A stretch of 63,930 nt of DNA from Guillardia theta CCMP2712 (lineage: Eukaryota > Protista > Cryptophyta), in the NCBI RefSeq assembly GCF_000315625.1, contig NW_005434580.1, positions 53,170 to 117,099 of the forward strand, in the 5' to 3' direction. Under the pieces are notes generated by a model. That model ran no database searches. It was not told the origin of the DNA and saw only the letters and a list, made by a program, of their open reading frames with translations. Made by a program: the position numbers and the translations under genes. This document shows positions 25,421 through 35,799 of this stretch, in pieces (within the stretch, counting starts at the first letter, position 1; the number at the start of each line of letters is the position of its first letter).

Positions 25421-28400
25421 ATGTCGCAAGATCGTCCAAGAAGGAATAGGAGAGCTAGCTCGAAGCTGCTGGAGATCGTGAACTCCTCCTGCGACACGAG
25501 CTTGAAGCCTCGCCTCCTCAAACCCTCGTCCTCGTCCAGAAGAAGCAAGGTCCAAGATCCTGCTGCTTCCCCTCATCATGGAACCATGTTGACTCTGCTG
25601 CTGCATCAGATTTCCCAGTCGGCAGTCAAGGAAGTGAACGACCTTTGCCCATGGTGAGCCATGTATCCAAATATTAGATCCTCGCTTGAAATTTTCTCTC
25701 CCTTTCATTCTCTTCAGCCTCCTCCCTGTCACCCTTCAATCTCTTCGCGTCCCTACTTTCTCCATCTGCTGCTATCTTGTATGTCTCTTCAATCCCTTTT
25801 TCAAATATCTTGGCCTTCCTGCCTTTCCGCCCCACCCTCCCTCCCTCTCCCCCACCCTCTCCCCACCCTCTCCCTCTCTCCCTCCCTCTCTCCCTCCGTC
25901 TCTCCCTCTCTCTCTCCCTTCGTCTCCTTCTCCCTTTCGTCCAGTGTCTCTCCCACTCACAACGTGTGCAGGTTGAGCGAATACGTCGATCTTGACAGAA
26001 AGTGGCTGAACCCGATCTCAACATCAAGACTCGGCAAGGATGAGAACGATTCTTTTGCTGGCAGTCTAGACGCAACCAAGCTCCCTGAGTGTGTCGGATA
26101 CTCCAATTACTCTCCTCCGGGCGGGTTTGGTTGGGAGAAGCTACAGAGGGGAGGGGATGCGGCGGAAAGCAACATGAGGAGAAGGGTGGAAGACTTTGTA
26201 GATACTGCTGTGCCATGGCTCTGCGCAAGGAGACGCAGAAAGGAGGAGGAGGAGGAGGAGGAGGAGGCGGAGGAGGAGAAGGTCAGAGGAAGCATCGACG
26301 CAAGCTCTCTACCCACTCCGCCTCCTAACGGATCGTACGACCCTCCACATCACCACCTCAGCCTGTGCGTCAACGAGGGGGGGATGAACCAGCCGGACTT
26401 CGAGGATGCAATAGGGGAGGCGGTGGCGATTATTCAGAGCATGTCGGAGAGCAGGGAGGTCAACCTGTTGTCAACAGCACCAGCAGACTTGAAGAAGATG
26501 ATTGTGATGAAGCCAGACAAGTTCTTCGAGAGGTTCAAACTGCCTCTCGGGCTGGACTCGCTTGCTAAACGGGTGACGAAGCTGTCGAAACAGTCGTCCA
26601 GGGCCTCTTCCCCCTTCACCCCCCGTCGACTCTTCGGGCAGCTGCTTTGCTCCTTGAGATTCATGTGCGAGCTGCTGGAGTTTTCGAACGAGGTCAGGGC
26701 AGAGGCAAGGGAAATGCTTTTAAGGTTTCTCCGCCTTTCAGCCGTTCGGATCCTTCCTGCTGCCATTGACGGTCAAGCTCCTTTCGTTCACGGGCAGCAG
26801 TGGCTCGGGAGGAGGGTGCGAGTGCTGCAGGAGAAGGAGTTGAAGTTCACTTGGGGGGTGATCGATGACTATGACGGGAGGGAAAGGTACCATGTGATAG
26901 ACGACGAGGGGGTTGAGAACTGGTGGATCTTGCCGTCGTTTGTGGTCGATCTTTTCCCAGAGAGGAAGGAAGAAATGGAGGATGTCAAGGTTGTGAGCAG
27001 GGGAGATGTTGTTCTCTGCACGTGGAGGAAGATTGAATCGATCGAGATCCTTCATCATGCGGAGGTTGTTTGTGCTTCCCGTTTTCCTCTGATTATTGTT
27101 CCAAGGTCGTTGACGTGGATTTCGCCAAGAAAGGGGTTCGGGTGAAGTTCTGCCACCTCCCACAGGACGCCTCCGAGTGGATCGACATGCAGACCGCCTC
27201 AGTCATCCTTTCGCAACGGGTCGTCACATGTTACAAGGTGCCAACAAGGGCAAGCAGGCATGTCAGTTGCTGATGTTGTTTGCTGCTTCAGAATGGGAGA
27301 GCGCTCTACAACGAAGATTCAACCCCCAGGTCGATCGCTAGATATCTCAACGCGTCAGAGGAGGAGCTGGTCTACCTCAACAGGGTGGAGATTCCAGAGC
27401 TGCACGCGTGCTCGAAGCTGAAGCGAGGGACTCTTCTTGTACTGCCAGTGACGAGGGCGTCGGAGGTGGCAGATAAGACAACCAGGCAGGGGGAGGAGGC
27501 GCAAGAGACTGCGAATGGGGGGGACGACAGGGAGAGCGTGACTTTGAGTCCGCAAGAGAGGCGGGAGGTAGCTGGGAACCCGAACCTTATGCGACATGTC
27601 TCAAGGCGGACTGGTCAGCGGAGGCTGTGCTATGGCTCTCTAGCAGTAAGGCAGGGAGCCTCCTCCTCTTTCCTCGGGGCTACGGTTGTTGTCGATTGTT
27701 CGGATGCTCGACACGTCGGCCGCGTCTGCGCTTTTCACCCTCCCAGCCAGCAGTACAGGATCAAGCTCAACCCCTTGCTGGGATGCCTCGAGGGGGATGC
27801 TGATGCTGGCGAGATCTACACCAGCCTCCCGTGCGAGCACGTCAAGGTTGTGCGAACGATCCTGGAGGAATCAAGGTCTTGCGAGGCGAGAAGGGAGGAG
27901 CAGCGGACCAGTCGTACGAGACTGGCAGACGTGAAGTTGAAGGAGGAGCAGCCAAAGGAGGACGCTCGGCGGGGGAGCAAGAGGAAGGTGGAGGTGTTGG
28001 ACTCCAGCTCCCTCCTGCTCCTCGACGGGAAACCTGAGGTCTGTGCCTCCTCTGTGCTCAGTAACCTGCCCGACGGACCCAAAGGCTCCCTGTTCCGTCC
28101 CAACCTGAGGTACAGGGAGGACGGGAGGCTAAAGGACATGATTCCGCTCTACGATGAGGACCGGAACCTGTTCCTGACAGACGATCGTCTGATTGACTTG
28201 TTCGGGCACGTGCTCGGTGGTGAGCAGCAGCAGCAGGCACAGTTCTGGCAGGACCTGGAGGCAGAGCTGAGCGCTGGCGCTGGGCCAGTCAACGACTACA
28301 CGACAAGAAGGACGACTGGGGTGAGTTCGGAGCAGCTGAGGAGGGGGATCGGAGAGTCCTTTGCGAGGCTGAACATGAAGGAGAAGTCGTCAGTCCTGGT

Positions 28401-29775
28401 GGACTTGCTGGGGGAGATGGATCACGCAGCTCAAGTGTCGGTCATGAAGACTGTCATCGAGCATCAGGGGAGACGACCAGGCGGGAAGCGATGGCACAGC
28501 TCCATGGAGAGGGGAGGAGATCAGAACAGTAGCCTTGTCATACAGCTCCTCGACTTCTTCTTTCCCAAGGGCAATGCTGATGCCATCCTTGACAGCGCGC
28601 TCGCCCGCCGCCAGCTCTCCTCGAGGAAGCAGCTCCAGACAGCTGCTGAGCAAGGCAGAGGGAAGAGAGCGAGGTCGGGCGAAGGCAGTGCCGTCGGCAG
28701 CACCAACACCAACATCAGCATCAACAGGCCCCTCGCGAATCACGACGTGTCAAGTTACAGCGGTCAAGTATCAGCACAGGACCAGCAGGAGCGCGTGCAG
28801 TATGATCGACCTCTTCCTCATCACCCTCATCATCTTCTCATGGCGCATCCTCGGTCTCAACCTCTCCTCTATCCGCCTGCTGGTTGGTCTGGTCGTGATC
28901 AGCTCCTCATGTACCAGTCGCATCCTCTCGCGTTCAATAGCTCTCCGAGCGTTCACTCCGGGTATCCTTCGTGCTACTCCGGCCAGCTACCCCAGCAGGT
29001 CAGCTCAATGCCGGTAGGAAACACCATGAGGGGATCAGCTTTTGTCACTCCTACACAGAAACCACCGTCCTCCGGCCAGCCATCAAGCTTCAACGCCGCT
29101 ATTTCTTCTGCCGCTGCTGCAGACTGGACGGGCCTGCCTTTGCAGTCAACCAAGGGTTCATATCGGAACTTTTCTGCTGCTTCGAGCTCTTCCCATGTGG
29201 CTACTAACCTCGGCGCTTTCAGCAGCAACCTCCTCCTTCAACATGGCGCGCCCAAGGCAGCAGCTAAGGCACAGGAGACAGTGACGCCTCCTCGCTGGCC
29301 TCTGGAGGCCAGCACAGGGCCGAGCAGCGTGAATCTGCAGGGACTCTCTTCCTACAGGGTCGCCATGGCTGGCCCTGCTGGTCAAGCGCATGCGAGCTCG
29401 GGGCAGAGCTGGGTGGAACCCAACTTGGAGAAGAGGGTTAAAGAAGCGAGCAGAGCAGGCGTCTCCTTCCTCTCAGACGCTCCTCCTGCTCAGTATGGCC
29501 TAGTAGCTCCAACAGATCCCGTACCAATCCCACTCAGCCATCCGCATGCTCTAGAGCTGTACAAGCCTGTCACGACGCAGCCCTTGCCTCGGGAGTTGCA
29601 GGCGTCATCGATCTCAGGGGGCGATGGGAACTGCCAAGGTGACTGGGGGGCTGACATGACAAACGGGGGGCAACAAACGTGTAACATCTTTGACAATGAT
29701 GCCCCGACAAGGGGGTCCTGGTACGACGCTTTCCTTCCTCAGGAGGAACAAAATGAACAAGTCTTCCCCTCGTGA
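25421..29775 (+). CDS. Large (~1300 aa) protein with Tudor/chromo-barrel-like domains, a LysM-like domain and a disordered C-terminus
   Basis: Exons ~25421-25653, 25972-27064, 27106-27237 and 27292-29775. Tudor-like: WLGRRVRVLQEKELKFTWGVIDDYDGRERYHVIDDEGVENW. Chromo-barrel-like: RGDVVLCTW...HAE|VVDVDFAKKGVRVKFCHLPQDASEWID. LysM-like: EDSTPRSIARYLNASEEELVYLN...SKLKRGTLLVLP. Confidence 0.75.
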
Positions 29776-30231
29776 GATTCAGAGAGCTGAGAGCAAGCTC
29801 AGGATCGAACCTTTCTACATCCCCTGAGCAAGTCTGAACCCTTCGTTGGCACGGACTTTCCGGGCTACGTAAAGTCGTATGGCAGTGACGTTGCTTTCTT
29901 TGCATGTTTCCCTAATTTCCTGTAAATACTCACCAAAAATGAAGCCTATCAACATCAACCCCTAATGCATATTTCTCTGCTTTGAACTCCTTCTATGCCG
30001 CTTACTCCCTAAGTTAGCTTTTCTCCTGACTCATTGGAGAGTGAAGGGATCTCCAAAACATCAAGTTTCACAAGGATGAATAAAGAATTGTGGACATCTT
30101 TCATCGAACAAAACTCAGTACAACTTGGCCGCTGTGCGCGTGCGTTGCTTGCTTGCATAACTTTATACTTACAACTCTCTTCACTTGTGTACATCTGATC
30201 ATAATAAACTAGACAGGAAAAAACGATCAGG

Positions 30232-30654
30232 TCATGCTGCCTTCAAGCTTGATGTTGTCTTCCATTTCCCCTTCCAACTCTCCTTGATCGGGTCTTTGGA
30301 AGGGGTAGAAAAGCTCTGCCTCTTTTCTCGAAAGCTGCTCTGCTTTCGCAATCGCCCGGGCAATGCGCCGGTCAGCTCGTCGATGTACGCCATGGACTGA
30401 GAAGGGACATTGGACGCGCTGTTGGCACGTGGGAGCACAAGACTAGCGTCGCTCAGCCTCCTCGCGCTCCCCTTAAGATTCAGCTCCTTCAGGGGACTCC
30501 TGGACCTGTCCACCAGCGAGTCCTTTCTCGGACCTGGCTCCAAGACATTCGCCTTGCTGATACTGTTGACTTTGTATCCTTGCGAGAGAAACCAGTCGGG
30601 CTGCTTTGAACTTCCCATTTTGTTGCTCTTAGTTAATGAAAGAATTGCTCCCAT
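30232..30654 (-). CDS. Small basic intronless protein with N-myristoylation consensus
   Basis: 140 aa starting MGAILSLTK (M-G-x-x-x-S). Several basophilic kinase motifs (RKDS, RRLS, RKQS, KRQS). Confidence 0.6.
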   Translation of the reverse strand: MGAILSLTKSNKMGSSKQPDWFLSQGYKVNSISKANVLEPGPRKDSLVDRSRSPLKELNLKGSARRLSDASLVLPRANSASNVPSQSMAYIDELTGALPGRLRKQSSFREKRQSFSTPSKDPIKESWKGKWKTTSSLKAA

Positions 30655-31960
30655 GATCGCAAGTCCGTGGAGAACGATACCAGCAAGACCGACTACGGTG
30701 ATGCCTGGAGTCCCAGAATAATGAGGACAGAGTGTTGCTCAGGAGTTGGAGTGGATGAGTAGAGAAAGGGTAACTCGCCAGATAGCCAGTGAGGGAGAAC
30801 GAATGAGGTCAGTGCTAGGAGCGAGGCAGGTTCAGGGGAGCGGGTGGAAGAAGGAGCAAGGGGCAATGACAGTGGAGAGAGGATCTACAGAGCGCTGTGG
30901 GAGAGGAGGGAGGAGGGAGGAGTGGCGAGGAAAGAGCTGAACCGACTATCGACAGGCGGGGACAACGTGGACGATGGGGACAAGAAGCAGTATGTTTTAT
31001 TGTTTTGACTTTCTTGCGAACCCGTGGAAGGAGATGGAAGGAGGAGGGGTAGTACCTCAAGGACTCTAGGTTATAAGTTATATTAGTGAGAGCCTGGGTA
31101 GGGGGATGCGCGGGGCTCTGTATGGACGGGTCAAAGACGGTAGAAACAGGGGTCAAAAACCACCTGTGGGGGTAGGGGTACTAGTCGGCACTGTCCACGT
31201 CGGATGTCGGAGGATAAATTGTAGGTGGGGGTGGGCCAACAATCTCATTCGAAACTGAGTACGTACCCCACCCCTGTTCCATCCGCCTTGATTGACCATC
31301 ACCCCACCTATCTCTTTCCATTTCAATCAGTATCAAATCACGGGTGATCAAAACACCCCTACCTACGCTTGAAATACGGTTAGAACTTAGAAGGTTCATT
31401 TTGATGCTTTTTTTTTTCCCGAGTAGTCTTTACTACACAGGCTGCATGTACCGGCCCTACCGTACCCCACAGGGAATTCTCTACCTCACACCCCCTGCTA
31501 CACAAGGTGTCCGATTCTCCCCTTCTTTTTCCCTTTGAACACTATTGTGATGACCCCTCCTCATCCTTACAGTACCCCTCTTTTTCTGCAATGACCATTT
31601 TTGTCCGAGCGCGGGTCTATGACAACACCGGCGTTCACTTTTCGGGTGCCGCCGGGTTAACTTCAGCTAGGACATGAGGATGTACCTGCTATAGGGCTTC
31701 TGAGGTCCTATGACTCACTCCGAGTGAACGGCCACGTTTCGCGGTCACGCTCAACGGTTGCAAACGACAGTTCAACGGTCAGACTTTCCGTTACATCACT
31801 AATTGTTGGTTTTCATTTGGAGCCCCGGGCCTCGGAGTGATGGCCGGGCCGGGGCACATTACTGAGAACGGTTACAGCGACCGTTTCAACCCGAATACTA
31901 CCGGTACCGAGTAGGCTCTCTACAAGGGGTGCCGCAGCATTCAGTTGGAGGAGCTTCAGG

Positions 31961-34831
31961 ATGTCGGCTGGGGTGAAGAAAGGCGATGAGCTCAATGAAG
32001 GTGATGATGATCAACCTGTACAAAGACAGTGAGCTGAAGGAGTATGATGATCAACCTGTACAAAGACAGTGAGCTGAAGGAGTATGATGATCAACCTGTA
32101 CAAAGACAGTGAGCTGAAGGAGTATGATGATCAACCTGTACAAAGACAGTGAGCTGAAGGAGTATGATGATCAACCTGTACAAAGACAGTGAGCTGAAGG
32201 AGTATGATGATCAACCTGTACAAAGACAGTGAGCTGAAGGAGTATGATGATCAACCTGTACAAAGACAGTGAGCTGAAGGAGTATGATGATCAACCTGTA
32301 CAAAGACAGTGAGCTGAAGGAGTATGATGATCAACCTGTACAAAGACAGTGAGCTGAAGGAGTATGATGATCAACCTGTACAAAGACAGTGAGCTGAAGG
32401 AGTATGATGATCAACCTGTACAAAGACAGTGAGCTGAAGGAGTATGATGATCAACCTGTACAAAGACAGTGAGCTGAAGGAGTATGATGATCAACCTGTA
32501 CAAAGACAGTGAGCTGAAGGAGTATGATGATCAACCTGTACAAAGACAGTGAGCTGAAGGAGTATGATGATCAACCTGTACAAAGACAGTGAGCTGAAGG
32601 AGTATGATGATCAACCTGTACAAAGACAGTGAGCTGAAGGAGTATGATGATCAACCTGTACAAAGACAGTGAGCTGAAGGAGTATGATGATCAACCTGTA
32701 CAAAGACAGTGAGCTGAAGGAGTATGATGATCAACCTGTACAAAGACAGTGAGCTGAAGGAGTATGATGATCAACCTGTACAAAGACAGTGAGCTGAAGG
32801 AGTATGATGATCAACCTGTACAAAGACAGTGAGCTGAAGGAGTATGATGATCAACCTGTACAAAGACAGTGAGCTGAAGGAGTATGATGATCAACCTGTA
32901 CAAAGACAGTGAGCTGAAGGAGTATGATGATCAACCTGTACAAAGACAGTGAGCTGAAGGAGTATGATGATCAACCTGTACAAAGACAGTGAGCTGAAGG
33001 AGTATGATGATCAACCTGTACAAAGACAGTGAGCTGAAGGAGTATGATGATCAACCTGTACAAAGACAGTGAGCTGAAGGAGTATGATGATCAATTTGTA
33101 CAAAGACAGTGAGCTGAAGGAGTGAGATTATCAGTGGATTTCTTGCAGATCAAGATAGACAGGACGTCGGGAAGTGGCTGTTGACGCGGAAACATCTGTC
33201 ATTCTCAGATGCCTTGGGAAGTTTTGGACGTGGACGTACAGCAACGGTGGCGAGCCAGACGCACGCCGGTTGATGGAATGCGGTGAATCTGCAGAGGATA
33301 GATGGACGGGAGGAAAAGAGAGCAGAGGAAAGAGGAGGCTAGATGGAGGAGCCCCTTGCTTGCAAGGTGAGATCAGAGAAATGATCAAACTCATGGATCA
33401 ATCAAGTCCTCATATCCCTTCTCTCTTGCCCTCTCTGTCTCTACCTCTATCTCTCTCTGTCTCTCTCTCCTCCTCTTCCTTTTCCTTTCCATTTCCTTTC
33501 TATTCTTCTTCCTCTCCCGATTCCTCTTCCTCTTCCTCCCTCCCTATGCCCTCCCTGTCACGATGGTTCTTGTTTGAGTCAGCTAGATCGCTGATAGCAC
33601 AAGGCAGGAGCTCGGATCGCAGCGTGTCTCCTGTGTTGAGTGCTATGCATTCGCTCCGCGAGCAAGAGATTCCGGAGGACAGCAGCCAGCTCGCGTCGTT
33701 GAGAGTCTTCAGAGACGACATGCCCAACAACAAGCTGAGAAGTACTCGTGATGACTCGTTGAGAGGAGGATGGGGCAGGGCGGGGAACAGAAAGGTTCAG
33801 GTGTAGTGGATGGAGAGCAAGAGATAATATTGGTGTAGATGTCGAGCCCGTTCCTCCGACCTACCAGGCGAGACCCACTAAGCGACAAAGTGACGACCAG
33901 GTCGCGGTCTCAAGGTGTTTGTTGCCGCTTAAGGGAAGAGGGTTGTAACTCTGCTGTGCAGGGAGTGTGCGAGTTGAGACAAGCTTGCAATGGAGAGAAG
34001 GAGTCGGACTCGGTGATATTCGAGGATAGCACAAGACAATGCAAGTGCTGATTCACTCGCTCCAGTTGATGTGCAAGAGTACAACCAGTTGCCCCTAGAT
34101 GTCGGGAAGAAAGAGAACAAGGCGTCTGACAAGAGATCGTTTCATCCTCGTGGTCCGATGGAGAGGTCAAGATCTTCGGTGGTGCTGCCAACTCTGTCAA
34201 GTCTGTTGACTCTGTGGATGACAACTTCGAGCAGCGGACGGTCGAGAGCGAACCATCTCAGCTGCAGTCCGAGCGGCTGGAGATCATCCTCTCCCCGAAG
34301 CAAGTGAGAAGAAAGAGCAGAGACTCGGGAAGCAAGAAGTTTCCACCTGTCAACTCCATGACGAGTGAGCTAGCGCTTGCTTCTTGCTCCCCAAGTGACA
34401 AGGAGGAACAGGCGGAAAGTCATGGAAAGATGCGAAGGCTAGCGTCAGGAGCGACTTCGGGCCCTTGTCACATCAAGTGTTCCAACCCTTGAGCAGGTAG
34501 GTCGCCGGTAACGTCTGGTTCAGAATCCTCAACCTTCCAAGTGATGCCTTCCTTCTCCTCCTCCTCTTCTCTTCCTTCTCTTCCTCCTCCTCTCTTCCTT
34601 CTCTTCCTCCTCCTCTCTTCCTCCTCCTCAATCTCCGCCTCCACCACCTGCTCCTCCTTGTCATCATTATCAACAATCATCATCATCACCACCACCACCA
34701 TCAATCATCATTTATCATCATCATCATCATCATCGTCATCATCATCATCATCATCATCATCGTCATCATCATCGTCATCATCATCATCATCATCGTCATC
34801 ATCATCGTCGTCGTCATCATCATCATCATCG

Positions 34832-34863
<32 letters not shown>

Positions 34864-34882
34864 GTCATCATCATCATCGTCG

Positions 34883-34935
<53 letters not shown>

Positions 34936-35499
34936 TTTGTCATTGTCATCCTTGTCATTGTCATATCTCGTAGTAGTAGAACAGCAGCAGCAACCTAACA
35001 AGCACTTCACAGGTTTCACAACACACTCTTCCGACGGAACAACCTGCAGAACGTCGTTGGGAGTATTTCATACGCCAGTGCCGTCGAGCTGAGAAGAAGC
35101 GGGATCATCTTGCCGCTTGCTGGAAGGCAACAGGCAGTGGAGGACAAGGTTGAATTGAGGAGGAAGACTCCGGAGCGAAGGAAGACGCCAACGGTTGACG
35201 TGCAGGGAGAGGAGAGGATTCAGAAGCTGATTCATGACTATGGAGACTACCAGAGCACTTTGCAAGAGGAGCAGGAGAGCTCTCACCAACATCATCATCA
35301 ACCACCACAACAACAACATCAACATCAACATCAACATCAACATCAACATCAACATCAACATCAACATCAACATCATGTTCAATCTCACCAACAGCTTGAC
35401 TCATCGAACAAGAACAAGCAAAGCGCTTTGAAACCCATCGCAGAACCGGACGAATCCTTGTTGGAGTTTGGAAGACGTGAAACGCTCGAGGCATGGTGA
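31961..35499 (+). CDS. Multi-exon hypothetical low-complexity protein; its first intron probably hosts the 40 bp array
   Basis: Coding-like exons bounded by GT/AG at ~33295-33367, 33582-33748, 33838-33960, 34085-34496 and 35013-35499 (QH-repeat exon ending TLEAW*). The 5' structure is uncertain. Confidence 0.45.
32005..33123 (+). repeat. Tandem array: 28 copies of a 40 bp unit TGATGATCAACCTGTACAAAGACAGTGAGCTGAAGGAGTA
   Basis: The TCAACC register recurs every 40 nt from 32011 to 33091. Copies are identical except the last (CC->TT). No spacers and no ORF. Confidence 0.98.
34660..34950. repeat. (CAT/CGT)n trinucleotide microsatellite
   Basis: Read directly. Similar tracts at 21175-21250, 49667-49780, 60005-60165 and 62970-63270. 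Confidence 0.95.
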
Positions 35500-35799
35500 A
35501 GGCTATTGCAGCTGATGCTCTGGTTTCCTCCCTCTCACCTGCATTCCCTCGGCCTCTCTTTCTTTGCATCACTTGCAATGTCTTCTTGTGTTTTCTCTCC
35601 CTTTCTTTCTTGCCTTCATTCTAATGCTCGACTCCGTGCTTAGTTCTTCTCATATGATGTCATGTATATACAAAGAATCAAACAACAACGAGCACAAGTT
35701 GAGCTGGTACGACATCTCTCTTGCCTTCCCTTCCCTCAAACACGGCTTCATCTACACTGCTACACGTCATCTCGTCCCGCCTGATACGCGCCCAGCAAG

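Noticed and set aside
32005-33123. CRISPR array
   Set aside because: Units are contiguous and identical with no unique spacers; there are no cas genes and the context is eukaryotic.
32011-33123. Assigning an LSU rRNA target to the putative guide (GACAGTG vs conserved CACUGUC)
   Set aside because: Only about 7 contiguous base pairs, and the rRNA sequence is from memory. That is below the 10 or more typical of C/D guides, so it needs a real search.
34541-35092. Poly-Ser, poly-Met and poly-Asp ORFs
   Set aside because: They come from a (CAT)n tract lying between a GT donor (~34497) and an AG acceptor (~35012), so probably intronic.
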